DNA from: Candidatus Shapirobacteria bacterium
GTDB taxonomy: Bacteria > Patescibacteriota > Microgenomatia > UBA12405
NCBI GenBank assembly: GCA_028704635.1
Contig: JAQWFB010000002.1
Location: 128,693 to 192,692, forward strand
Direction of reading: 5' to 3'
DNA length: 64,000 nucleotides
The notes beneath the pieces were generated by a model that saw only the letters and a program-made list of their open reading frames with translations, made no database searches and was not told the DNA's origin. Numbering within the stretch: the first letter of the stretch is position 1; each line of letters starts with the position of its first letter. Position numbers and translations under genes: made by a program. Shown piece after piece: positions 12,093 to 20,551 of the stretch.

Positions 12093-12734
12093 TTATTTCT
12101 TCATTTTTGCTTTCATTATTTCCACTCCAATCGGCACCACCGACACCCCAATTATCATCAACACCACATATTCAAAATTTTCTTTCATCACTGGAATATT
12201 CCCCAAGAAAAATCCTCCAAAAATAAACAAAGTATTCCACAATAAAGATCCGATCACACTAAAAGTTAAAAATTTCAAATAAGGCATCTTCCCGATTCCC
12301 GCCACAAATGGAGCGAATGTTCTCACTATCGGCACAAACCTCGCTAAAATCACCGCCTTTGTCCCATATTTAGCGTAAAAATCCTGCGTCTTTTCTAAAT
12401 GTTTTCTTTTAAATAATTTATTATTTGATTCAAACAGTTTTTGGCCAACCAATCTTCCCACCCAATAATTAACATTATCTCCTAAAAAAACTGCCGTTAT
12501 CAGTAAAAAATAAAGTCCTACTACATTAAACATTCCTTTAGCCGCCAAAGCTCCAGCCGCAAATAAAAGCGAATCACCCGGTAAAAACGGGGTAAACACC
12601 AATCCTGTCTCCATAAAAAGTATTCCTGCCAAAATTCCGTAACTTAAAGTACCGTATGTTTGGGTAATAATTAAAAGATGTTCATCAATATGTAAAACAA
12701 AATCAATTATGTTCATTAAAAATTCCATGTCCAA
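12093..12734 (-). CDS. DedA/SNARE-associated family membrane protein
   Basis: 213-aa polytopic protein with the DedA-type signature FTPFLPGDSLLFAAG and several TM helices. Confidence 0.75.
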   Translation of the reverse strand: MDMEFLMNIIDFVLHIDEHLLIITQTYGTLSYGILAGILFMETGLVFTPFLPGDSLLFAAGALAAKGMFNVVGLYFLLITAVFLGDNVNYWVGRLVGQKLFESNNKLFKRKHLEKTQDFYAKYGTKAVILARFVPIVRTFAPFVAGIGKMPYLKFLTFSVIGSLLWNTLFIFGGFFLGNIPVMKENFEYVVLMIIGVSVVPIGVEIMKAKMKK

Positions 12735-12751
12735 ATTATACAGTAATTAAA

Positions 12752-12803
12752 GCCTCCTTTTTCAAGGGAGGTGCCCCGCCAGCTGGCGGGGCGGAGGGTT
12801 TTT
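12752..12803. repeat. Palindromic element, intergenic (between DedA and GH18)
   Basis: GCCTCCTTTTTCAAGGGAGGTG + CCCCGCCAGCTGGCGGGG + CGGAGGGTTTTTAT. Confidence 0.8.
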
Positions 12804-12804
12804 A

Positions 12805-13950
12805 TCAAAATGATTTCATTATTTCCCATACTCTCTTGTCCTCCCCTTCGTATCCCAATGCCCAAAATCCTACTCCTCCCAACTGATTTTGTTTCACCAA
12901 ATCCAATTTTGCTTTCAAACTTCTCTCATTTTCAAAATATATTTGGTGTATTTCTCCACCTTCTTCAAACACCACCCACGGCGTCATCGATAATTCATCC
13001 CAATTAACCATCAAATTACTTGATGAACCTGATAAACTTTCTGACTTGATTAACTCATTTACTCTATTCCAACTAGCCATTTGATACCAACCTCTAATCA
13101 CTGGAGCTTCAAAATCTTTTGTATAAGTTTTCCATTCATATCCATAAAGCGGATAAACCATCACTATTTTTTCTTTATCAAAATTTAGACTTAAAATTTT
13201 TTCTACCACTTCCATTATATTTCTGTCTCCAACCTCTGATTGCATCGGTGCCACTGCTCCAGCATAATCCACCCCTGGTCGATGAAAATCATAAGCCATG
13301 ATAATTAAATTATCAACTGAATTAATTAGACTATTAATTTGCTCCGCCGATCCCTTATTAATAGTATTTACAAAAACATCTAAACTAATTTCTCCCAAAC
13401 CACTTTCTTTTAATTTAGCCATAAAACCAATCATTTTTTCCGATAAAACTGCCGTTGGATTTCCCTGATATTCAAAATCCACATTAATCCCATCAAACTT
13501 TTCCGTTTGCCGAAGAGTTTTTAATTGATTAATCAAATTATTTTGGGCTTCAATCGAAGCCATTAAACTATCAATTTTTTCATCAGTAAATAATTTAATT
13601 CCCAAAATATTTTTCCCGCCATTTTTCCAAATCAAATCTTTTTGCTTTAAATAAGTTTCATTATTTATTTTTTTCGATTGACCATCCCAAATCAAATTTC
13701 CTTTTTCATCCACTTCCACTCCCAAAAAAATCAGATAATCAACTTCATTAGTATATTCAATTGTTTTCCCAATCATCCAAGTTGGCAAAAAACCAAATAC
13801 TTTAATAGAAGCTCCCCTGTCAAGGGGAGATGCCCACAGGGCAGAGGGGTTTGTTCCTTTTGGATTTAAAATTTCTATATTTCCATTCCAATAAAAATAT
13901 CCCGCTAATATTATCAAAAATAATCCCAAACCCAAAAAAACCTTTTTCAT
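12805..13950 (-). CDS. Secreted glycoside hydrolase family 18 (chitinase-like) protein
   Basis: Has a signal peptide and the GH18 catalytic motif DGINVDFEY (DxxDxDxE), plus MAYDFH and LGGVGFWALG. It carries an in-frame palindromic-element insertion near the N-terminus (13812-13853). Confidence 0.7.
   Translation of the reverse strand: MKKVFLGLGLFLIILAGYFYWNGNIEILNPKGTNPSALWASPLDRGASIKVFGFLPTWMIGKTIEYTNEVDYLIFLGVEVDEKGNLIWDGQSKKINNETYLKQKDLIWKNGGKNILGIKLFTDEKIDSLMASIEAQNNLINQLKTLRQTEKFDGINVDFEYQGNPTAVLSEKMIGFMAKLKESGLGEISLDVFVNTINKGSAEQINSLINSVDNLIIMAYDFHRPGVDYAGAVAPMQSEVGDRNIMEVVEKILSLNFDKEKIVMVYPLYGYEWKTYTKDFEAPVIRGWYQMASWNRVNELIKSESLSGSSSNLMVNWDELSMTPWVVFEEGGEIHQIYFENERSLKAKLDLVKQNQLGGVGFWALGYEGEDKRVWEIMKSF
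13812..13853. repeat. Palindromic element inside the GH18 gene, in frame (encodes NPSALWASPLDRGAS)
   Basis: CTCCCCTGTCAAGGGGAGATG + CCCACAGGG + CAGAGGGGTTTG. Confidence 0.8.
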
Positions 13951-13981
13951 GCCCCTTATTCTACCAAAACCAAAAAATCTT

Positions 13982-14024
13982 TATAAAGTGCCCTGTCAAG
14001 GGAAAGGTGGTACGAAGTACCAAA
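13982..14024. repeat. Palindromic element, intergenic (between GH18 and tRNA-Ile)
   Basis: GCCCTGTCAAGGGAAAGGTG + GTACGAAGTAC + CAAAGGGTTTA. Confidence 0.7.
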
Positions 14025-14046
14025 GGGTTTAAACTTAACATTCAAG

Positions 14047-14120
14047 TGGGTGATGGAGGACTCGAACCTCCGACCCCCGTCTTATCAGGACGGTGCTCTA
14101 ACCAACTGAGCTAATCACCC
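14047..14120 (-). tRNA. tRNA-Ile (anticodon GAU)
   Basis: The reverse complement GGGUGAUUAGCUCAGUUGGUUAGAGCACCGUCCUGAUAAGACGGGGGUCGGAGGUUCGAGUCCUCCAUCACCCA has a perfect 7-bp acceptor stem. The anticodon loop is CUGAUAA and the T-loop is GGUUCGAGUCC. Confidence 0.9.
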
Positions 14121-14169
14121 GTAAAAGTAAACCTATTGTAGCAATAAGTTTACTAAATTTAAATAGTCT

Positions 14170-15075
14170 TTATTGTCTTTTCAAAAACATCTCCACTACT
14201 GATTTTGCTACATTAATTCCAGTTGATTTTTCAAATCCTTGAAATTGACATTGTCGATTCACTTCCAAAACATAAGCATTCCCTTCACCATCTTTTATAA
14301 TATCTACTCCACAATAATCCAATCCACAAACTTTGGCCACTTTTTCTGCAATTTCTCTTTCTTTATCCGACAAATCCCAAGACTCCACATTTCCCCCTAA
14401 GCTAAAATTACTTCTAAATTCATCTCCTACTGCTGATCTTTTCATTGCTCCAATTGCCTTTCCATCTAAAACAATAATTCTCAAATCCCATCTAGTTGGT
14501 AAACATTTTTGCCATAAAAACATTCCCACATTTTTTTCATTAATTCTTCTCACAAATCTTCTTAATTCTTTAAAGTTTTCAAATTTTCTTACCGATTTAC
14601 CTTGAAACCCTCTTTCATGTTTGGCAATTATCGGCCATTCAAATTCTCTCCAAAACTTACTCTCTAGCACTTGTTCTTTAGTATAAAAAATTCTAGTTGG
14701 AATCACTGGCACCTCATTTTCTAAAAACACTCCATGTTGAGCAATTTTTCCCATTCTTGTCCAGTTCAAATATCCCTTTTTATTAGCACAAAATATTTCA
14801 CCACCTAAAATTCTCAAAGCTAAATTCCTCGCTTCAGTATATTTTCCCGTTCTCGTCCCAGCCACTCTAAACCACATTCCTAAAGTATTTTCCCCATTAA
14901 TTTCTTCTCCTTTAATAAAAACTTTCGCTTTTCCATTTTCCACATTAAAAGTTAAATCTTTGTAAAGAGATCTATTAACTTCTATCCCTAATTTCTTGGC
15001 TTCCGTTTCTAATCTATCAACTTCAAATTGGCTTTGTCTTAAAGACATTGTAAATGTGACTATTTTTTTATTCAT
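14170..15075 (-). CDS. RimK-type ATP-grasp ligase (alpha-L-glutamate-ligase-like)
   Basis: 301-aa protein with the ATP-grasp fold and signatures WPIIAKHERGFQGKSV, DLRIIVLDGKAIGAMKR and YVLEVN. Confidence 0.7.
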   Translation of the reverse strand: MNKKIVTFTMSLRQSQFEVDRLETEAKKLGIEVNRSLYKDLTFNVENGKAKVFIKGEEINGENTLGMWFRVAGTRTGKYTEARNLALRILGGEIFCANKKGYLNWTRMGKIAQHGVFLENEVPVIPTRIFYTKEQVLESKFWREFEWPIIAKHERGFQGKSVRKFENFKELRRFVRRINEKNVGMFLWQKCLPTRWDLRIIVLDGKAIGAMKRSAVGDEFRSNFSLGGNVESWDLSDKEREIAEKVAKVCGLDYCGVDIIKDGEGNAYVLEVNRQCQFQGFEKSTGINVAKSVVEMFLKRQ

Positions 15076-15096
15076 AATTATTTATTAATTTATAAG

Positions 15097-15135
15097 TCCC
15101 TCTTGTCAAAGAGGGATTTAGGGAGATTGAGCAAG
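15097..15135. repeat. Palindromic element (short form) that forms the C-terminal codons and stop of the RimK-like gene (15118)
   Basis: TCCCTCTTGTCAAAGAGGGA + TTTAGGGAGATTGAGC. Confidence 0.7.
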
Positions 15136-16095
15136 TGATACTAAAAATTTAACCATTTCCGCTGGCACATCAATCCCAGTTGCCTGCATAAATCCTTTAA
15201 ATTGCGGTCCTTTGTTCACTTCCCAAATCACCGGTGCCTTTAAATCATTATCCCTAAATGCCACATCCACCCCCGCCACCGCCAATCCACAAACCTTAGC
15301 CGCTTTGACTGCCAATTGTTTAATTTCTTCAGGTAATTCAGCCAACTCAACCTTTCCTCCGGCTGAATAATTATTTTTAAATTCATCTTTATTTTGACTA
15401 CTTCTTTTCATCACCCCCAACACTTTCTCCCCCAACACCAACACTCGATAATCCCCATCATTAGGAATAAACTCTTGCAACATATATCTTCTTCCTTCAT
15501 CAGTTTCACTTTTTCTCAAATCTCTTACCAATTTTTCCATTTGTTCTAAATTATCTGCCTTGTAAACTCTAGTTCCTCTATCCCCACCACTACCTTTAAT
15601 AATTACAGGCCAATCGTAAGGGCGGACCGATGTGTCCGCCTTCATTTGCTCATATAAATACCACAAACTTCCGTAAACTGTTTTTGGTACTTCTATTCCT
15701 GCCTTTTCCAAAGCCAACATTTGCCAAGCCTTACAAGCCATACTTGGTTTTCCATTTTCTACCAACGGATCAACGATGTACGGGCGACTCTTGTGGTCGC
15801 CCTTATTTATCTGATTAATAATCAAATCAACTTCTTCCCAATGTTTACCAGTGGTTCTAAAAAACAACACATCATAATCATCAATCTTTTTGTAATTATC
15901 AAATTGTTGAATTTTATTTTCTCCACTCAAATTTGGTCTAATTAAAATTTCTCTTTTTTCAGTATTAAAACAAACCCGATTATAAGACACCAAATCCAAA
16001 CTAACCCCCAATTTCCTAGCCGCCTTTTTAACCAACACTAAATGTTGGCTTATCTTTCCTCCAAAAAACACTGCTATTTTAGTTTGTTTATTCAT
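15118..16095 (-). CDS. RimK-type ATP-grasp ligase (second paralog)
   Basis: 325 aa, with ATP-grasp signatures WPVIIKGSGGDRGTRV, YRVLVLGEKVLGVMKR and VIWEVN. The C-terminal codons and the stop lie inside a palindromic element. Two GC-rich hairpins are embedded in frame. Confidence 0.7.
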   Translation of the reverse strand: MNKQTKIAVFFGGKISQHLVLVKKAARKLGVSLDLVSYNRVCFNTEKREILIRPNLSGENKIQQFDNYKKIDDYDVLFFRTTGKHWEEVDLIINQINKGDHKSRPYIVDPLVENGKPSMACKAWQMLALEKAGIEVPKTVYGSLWYLYEQMKADTSVRPYDWPVIIKGSGGDRGTRVYKADNLEQMEKLVRDLRKSETDEGRRYMLQEFIPNDGDYRVLVLGEKVLGVMKRSSQNKDEFKNNYSAGGKVELAELPEEIKQLAVKAAKVCGLAVAGVDVAFRDNDLKAPVIWEVNKGPQFKGFMQATGIDVPAEMVKFLVSLAQSP

Positions 16096-16126
16096 TTTTT
16101 AATTTTAATAATTAATTTTTAAGACT

Positions 16127-16184
16127 TCTCCCTTTGTTAAGGGGAGATGTCTCTCGCTACGCGAGAGACAGAGAGGTTTTTTAT
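16127..16184. repeat. Palindromic element, intergenic
   Basis: TCTCCCTTTGTTAAGGGGAGATG + TCTCTCGCTACGCGAGAGA + CAGAGAGGTTTTTTA. Confidence 0.8.
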
Positions 16185-17545
16185 TTCTTAGCACTAACTA
16201 AAAAATTACCTAAATCTTTTCTTCCTAATAAAAACTTTGTTCTTAATTTGCCTCTATCTGCCACATTCACTGCCGTTATTACTTTCTTCCCATTCAACCA
16301 AAAAGTAATTCCAATTACTGGTCGATCCACATGTTTTCCTAAACTTGATCGATAATTTCGATAATATAAAATTCTTTCTTTAGCTAATAACCCCAACCTT
16401 TGGGCCAAATCTCTATCTATCGAACTCCTAAACGCCCCAGTATCCACCTTAGCTCTCACATTTACCACCCGATGTTTTCCTTGTTTAACAATTGGACTTT
16501 TTTGTAAAACTGGTTTAAATCCTTTTGGAATTTTAACCTTAATTATTTCAATCGGCTCCACCATTTGTCTCTTTTCTTTTTCCTCTACCTTTTCAAAAAA
16601 ACTTTCTCCAAATAAATATTTAGCCAAAGTAATTGCATGATCCACACTTCTTACTGTAATTTCATCCACTTTCTCCATTCTTAATTTCAAGCCTGCCTTA
16701 TTACAAATCTGAATCGATAATCCCGGTCGAGCATTCACTTCCAACACCATCGGTCCTTTCTCTTTATCTAAAACCACATCCACCCCCATAAATCCTAAAG
16801 ACGGAATTGCTTTTTGACAATTAATTGCTGTCTCTAACACTTCTTTCCAAAATGGAATTTTAATTCCATTTACTTTTCTATTTTTCTTTTTTCCATAATC
16901 ATAAATTCGATAAATTGGTTCTCCTTTTCCTTCGACTCCAAAAGTAGTAATTCCTGTCGCCAAATCTACCCCTAAACCTATTGCTCCTTGCTGTAAATTT
17001 GCCTTACCTCCAGACTTTTCTGTTGGAATTCTAAACATCGCCATCACTGGTACATTATTATAAACAATCACTCTAATATCTGGTGTTCCCGCCTTAGTTA
17101 AAGACAAAAACAAGGGATGAATTTTAATTCTCTCTTCCACTATCACCTTATCTGGCATCGCATGTAAACTATATTTCCCTGCCACAATTTCTTGACAGTG
17201 TAAGTTTAAATCATTACTACTAATAATTTCTCCATTCATTTTTTGCCATTCACCTGCCCATTTCCCTCTTTTTCGAATAATCAAAATTCCTTCTCCGCCA
17301 TATCCCGATTCCGGCTTAATCACAAAATTTCCCTCCAAATCCTCCCATCTAAATTTTGCCAAATCCTGTTCATTTTTAAATCTAGCAATCAATTTTGGCA
17401 CCGACACTCCAGCCTTAGAAATTATTTTTTTAGTCTTAAATTTACTATCAGCAATTGCTCTTCCGCTAGCACTATTTTTCCTCAAATAAATTTTATTCCT
17501 CTCATTTTTAGTCAAAAATTGTCGATATTTTCTTAAATTAAACAT
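16181..17545 (-). CDS. ATP-grasp ligase fused to a C-terminal retropepsin-like domain (Pfam Zn_protease/DUF785-like)
   Basis: The N-terminal 300 aa form an ATP-grasp domain (FVIKPESGYGGEGILII, MVLEVNARPG). The C-terminal 120 aa carry the aspartyl-protease-like motif VDTGAFRSSI, typical of the RimK-associated protein family. Confidence 0.65.
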   Translation of the reverse strand: MFNLRKYRQFLTKNERNKIYLRKNSASGRAIADSKFKTKKIISKAGVSVPKLIARFKNEQDLAKFRWEDLEGNFVIKPESGYGGEGILIIRKRGKWAGEWQKMNGEIISSNDLNLHCQEIVAGKYSLHAMPDKVIVEERIKIHPLFLSLTKAGTPDIRVIVYNNVPVMAMFRIPTEKSGGKANLQQGAIGLGVDLATGITTFGVEGKGEPIYRIYDYGKKKNRKVNGIKIPFWKEVLETAINCQKAIPSLGFMGVDVVLDKEKGPMVLEVNARPGLSIQICNKAGLKLRMEKVDEITVRSVDHAITLAKYLFGESFFEKVEEKEKRQMVEPIEIIKVKIPKGFKPVLQKSPIVKQGKHRVVNVRAKVDTGAFRSSIDRDLAQRLGLLAKERILYYRNYRSSLGKHVDRPVIGITFWLNGKKVITAVNVADRGKLRTKFLLGRKDLGNFLVSAKK

Positions 17546-17566
17546 ATTAGTTTTACATTAATTAAG

Positions 17567-17616
17567 GCCTCCCTTCTTCAAGGGAGGCTCCCGGATTTAT
17601 CGGGTGGTGGGTTTAG
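17567..17616. repeat. Palindromic element, intergenic
   Basis: GCCTCCCTTCTTCAAGGGAGGCT + CCCGGATTTATCGGGTG + GTGGGTTTAG. Confidence 0.8.
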
Positions 17617-18469
17617 AACGTATCGCCCCTTTAAATCTCGTAATTTCCGTCAATCTAATTCCTGAATAATTACCAATCATCAAATTTGACACCAATACTA
17701 CTAGTATTATCATTTCTGGATATCTCAAAACCAAATTTTGAATTGAACCAAGACTCATAACCATCGCCCCCGCCAAAGCCAAAACTATGGTTCCCGCCAT
17801 TAATTTTTTGGCTTCTTTTTTACTTTTAACCAATTGCGTTCTTACAAATTCCTCTGCCAAAAGTATCATAAATAAAATTGGAAAAATTGAAATCTCGCTA
17901 ATATCAATTATATTTACAAAACTGGTCAATAACATCAATGCAAATACAGCCACAGAAATAAACATTAAATTAATTGCCCTCGCTGGCCAAAAATGAATCT
18001 TAAATTTTTTCAAAATCATATTACCTAAAAGAGAAATTGCCAAAATCAAAGCAAATAACAACAGTCCTCCAAAAAATCCTGTTGATAAAAAAGCCACTGC
18101 AATCATCGTTGGCATAAAAATGCCATAACCTGACAAACCTACCACATAATGTAAAAATGATACTAAAGTTGCTATCAATGGTAATAATAACAACAAAACT
18201 ATTGTGTTGGTTGATACACCTCTATCAATTGCTGTCTTTATCATCCATCTAAAACTATTAAACCCATTCCACTTACCCACTTCATAACTAATTTTATTAC
18301 TTTTTGCTTCAGTGATATTAATCGTCGGCACTGCCGTCGGTATTAACGTTGCTGTTGGAGTTGCTGTTGTCGTCGGGGTAATTATTGTTGTCTTTGCCAA
18401 AATTGGCTCAACATTTAAAAGAAAACTAAAACCAAAAACTATAAATAGTAGGGCAGCTATTTTTTTCAT
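17597..18469 (-). CDS. Seven-TM membrane protein, resembling the 7TM module linked to ATP-grasp peptide-ligase systems
   Basis: Has a signal peptide and a Thr/Pro-rich linker (TPTTTATPTATLIPTAVPT), followed by about seven hydrophobic helices. It is the first gene of the minus-strand ATP-grasp operon. Confidence 0.5.
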   Translation of the reverse strand: MKKIAALLFIVFGFSFLLNVEPILAKTTIITPTTTATPTATLIPTAVPTINITEAKSNKISYEVGKWNGFNSFRWMIKTAIDRGVSTNTIVLLLLLPLIATLVSFLHYVVGLSGYGIFMPTMIAVAFLSTGFFGGLLLFALILAISLLGNMILKKFKIHFWPARAINLMFISVAVFALMLLTSFVNIIDISEISIFPILFMILLAEEFVRTQLVKSKKEAKKLMAGTIVLALAGAMVMSLGSIQNLVLRYPEMIILVVLVSNLMIGNYSGIRLTEITRFKGAIRSKPTTR

Positions 18470-18570
18470 TAATTAATTTTACTTTATAATTTAATAAACT
18501 TTTTAACTTGATGATCTAATTTGTGGCGTATTATAACACCCTTTTTTCAAAAAAAACCATTAGTTTTATT

Positions 18571-18598
18571 GTAGGGTCCAGGCATGCCTGGACCCTAA
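18571..18598. repeat. Perfect palindrome GTAGGGTCCAGGCATGCCTGGACCCTAA (family copy 3), in the divergent region between the ATP-grasp operon and the pilin array
   Basis: Exact 26-bp inverted repeat with the same core. Confidence 0.85.
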
Positions 18599-18634
18599 TT
18601 ATTTAAAATATATTTTTCCCACAAAAATAATCAT

Positions 18635-18651
18635 TTTTATAGTATAATTCA
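18635..18651 (+). promoter_or_regulatory. Extended -10 promoter TTTTATAGTATAATT (TATAAT at 18644-18649), giving a near-leaderless transcript for pilin gene 1
   Basis: The identical 15-mer recurs at 20533-20547, upstream of pilin gene 6. Only 5-9 nt separate the -10 element from each ATG. Confidence 0.55.
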
Positions 18652-18658
18652 AACAAAT

Positions 18659-18991
18659 ATGAACTCCGTTTTAGCTTTTAATCTCAAAGATATCCAACTC
18701 GGACAAAACTCTAGTACCCTTGGTGGCAGTTATGCCACCACCAGTTCTCTTATTTCCATCATTCTCAAAACTTCTATTACTGTCGCCAGTATTATTTTTC
18801 TTGGTCTTTTGATTTTTGGTGGTATTACCTTTATAATGAACGCAGGTAGTGGTGATCCTAAAAAAGCTGGCCAAGGCCAAGCCGCCATCACCAATGCTTT
18901 AATTGGATTTGCTATTGTGCTTTTAGCCTATACCATCATCCAAATTATTGAAGTTATTACTGGATTAAACATTTTAAATCCAAATTTATAA
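18659..18991 (+). CDS. Small two-TM pilin-like protein (VirB2/TrbC-like topology), paralog 1 of 6
   Basis: 110 aa with TM1, then NAGSGDPKKAGQGQAAITNALIGFAIV, then TM2, and a conserved C-terminal tail ...GLNILNPNL. Confidence 0.6.
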   Translation: MNSVLAFNLKDIQLGQNSSTLGGSYATTSSLISIILKTSITVASIIFLGLLIFGGITFIMNAGSGDPKKAGQGQAAITNALIGFAIVLLAYTIIQIIEVITGLNILNPNL

Positions 18992-18997
18992 TTAATT

Positions 18998-19300
18998 ATG
19001 GCAACCTTTGGAAACATTTCCAACCCCACTTCTTTTGTTAGTGGCCCTCAAGGCTTCTTCGATTTTTTAAGCGCCATTTTTAAAGTTGCTGGCACCGTCG
19101 CTGGTATTTTTTTCATCGTCAAAATTATTCTCGCTGGATTCAAATATCTCAATGCTGGTGGTGACGAAAAGAAAACTGCCCAAGCTTGGGCCACTATCTG
19201 GCAAAGTATGATCGGTTTTGCCATCGTCGCTTCCGCTTTCGTCCTTGCTGGTGTTATTGGTAATTTATTTGGCATTAATATTCTCAATCCCACTCTATGA
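18998..19300 (+). CDS. Two-TM pilin-like protein, paralog 2
   Basis: 100 aa. Has TM1, the loop LNAGGDEKKTAQAW, TM2 and the tail FGINILNPTL. Confidence 0.6.
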   Translation: MATFGNISNPTSFVSGPQGFFDFLSAIFKVAGTVAGIFFIVKIILAGFKYLNAGGDEKKTAQAWATIWQSMIGFAIVASAFVLAGVIGNLFGINILNPTL

Positions 19301-19647
19301 ACCATCTAACTAATCAATTATTAGCGTATACTCTCACCGGTCCTGGAATTGCTGTTACTTCCGGTGCCGATTCCATTTCTACTCTCGAAAAAATTATTAG
19401 TTCTATTATTGGTATCTTAACCATAGTTGGCGTCATCTATTTCACCATCCAAATAATTTTAGCCGGTTTTTCCTTAATCGCTTCCCAGGGTGATCCAAAA
19501 GAATTTCAATCTAGTAAAAAAAGATTAACCACTAATGTTATTGGATTAGTCATTATTATCATTGCCTACGGGCTTGGTGCCCTAATTGCCAGCTTGCTTG
19601 GCATGAATAGTATTTTCGATTTATCAACCGTTTTTCAACCAATATAA
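19297..19647 (+). CDS. Two-TM pilin-like protein, paralog 3
   Basis: 116 aa with TM1, ASQGDPKEFQSSKKRLTTNVIGLVIII and TM2. Overlaps the previous gene by 4 nt. Confidence 0.6.
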   Translation: MNHLTNQLLAYTLTGPGIAVTSGADSISTLEKIISSIIGILTIVGVIYFTIQIILAGFSLIASQGDPKEFQSSKKRLTTNVIGLVIIIIAYGLGALIASLLGMNSIFDLSTVFQPI

Positions 19648-19648
19648 T

Positions 19649-19975
19649 ATGGCTATCACCAATCCTGTCTTAAAAAATAGTTCTAATATCAGCAGTAACC
19701 CCATTGCTTACACTAATAGTGTCATTCAAACCATTATTTCCATCTTTTTTATTTTTGGTCTTATTTATTTCATTTACCACATCGTCCTTTCTGGTTACAA
19801 AATGATTTCTTCCCAAGGAGATCCAAAAAAATACGAAGAAGCTCAACACAGTCTTACTTATGCCGTCATTGGTATCGCTATTGTCTTTTCCATTTTTGCC
19901 TTACTTAAAGTTATTGGTAGTATTTTTGGCATCATCGGCCTAGAAACTTTAACCATTAGTTGGCCATCCCTTTAA
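19649..19975 (+). CDS. Two-TM pilin-like protein, paralog 4
   Basis: 108 aa with TM1, SSQGDPKKYEEAQHSLTYAVIGIAIV and TM2. Confidence 0.6.
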   Translation: MAITNPVLKNSSNISSNPIAYTNSVIQTIISIFFIFGLIYFIYHIVLSGYKMISSQGDPKKYEEAQHSLTYAVIGIAIVFSIFALLKVIGSIFGIIGLETLTISWPSL

Positions 19976-20025
19976 TATTTCAAATTTACTGGTAAAATTA
20001 ATTAATAGTTATTAAATCAAAAAAA

Positions 20026-20406
20026 ATGATCAAAGAAATCAAAAACAAAATTCAATTTGCCGCCATTGCTGCTCCAGTCTACGCTGCTCAAAGTTTAGAA
20101 CTTACTGGTAAAAGTGATAGTTTCACCAATCTCGAAAATTTAACTGTTAATGGTATGGTTTCTGGTGCTATTAGTTTGGTTTTAATTGTGGTTTCATTAG
20201 TTTTCTTCTTTATTCTTGTCATTGGTGGTCTTAAATGGATCACTTCTGGTGGCGACGAAAAGAAAGTTGCTGCCGCTCGTGCTCAAATCACCAATGCCTT
20301 AATTGGCTTAGTTATCGTTTTCGCTGCTTGGGCCATTATGAAACTAATTGGTTCACTCTTCGGTATTGATATTCTTGGAACTTTAACTTTTCCTACTTTC
20401 CAATAA
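20026..20406 (+). CDS. Two-TM pilin-like protein, paralog 5
   Basis: 126 aa with TM1, TSGGDEKKVAAARAQITNALIGLVIVF and TM2. Confidence 0.6.
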   Translation: MIKEIKNKIQFAAIAAPVYAAQSLELTGKSDSFTNLENLTVNGMVSGAISLVLIVVSLVFFFILVIGGLKWITSGGDEKKVAAARAQITNALIGLVIVFAAWAIMKLIGSLFGIDILGTLTFPTFQ

Positions 20407-20425
20407 AATCAAATTAATTTTTGTT

Positions 20426-20457
20426 GTAGGGGCAGACCATTGTGTCTGCCCCTTTTC
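20426..20457 (+). terminator. Intrinsic terminator after pilin gene 5
   Basis: The sequence GTAGGGGCAGACCATTGTGTCTGCCCC forms a GC-rich stem and is followed by TTTT. Confidence 0.6.
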
Positions 20458-20532
20458 GTTTAAATAGGTCTAAATTTGAACCTTAAGGCCAAATTTTGCC
20501 TATTTACACGACCCCGATTTATCGGGGTATAT

Positions 20533-20547
20533 TTTATAGTATAATTA
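20533..20547 (+). promoter_or_regulatory. Second copy of the TTTTATAGTATAATT promoter, upstream of pilin gene 6
   Basis: Identical 15-mer, 5 nt upstream of the ATG at 20552. It is preceded by a CGACCCCGATTTATCGGGGTA hairpin. Confidence 0.55.
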
Positions 20548-20551
20548 ACCT

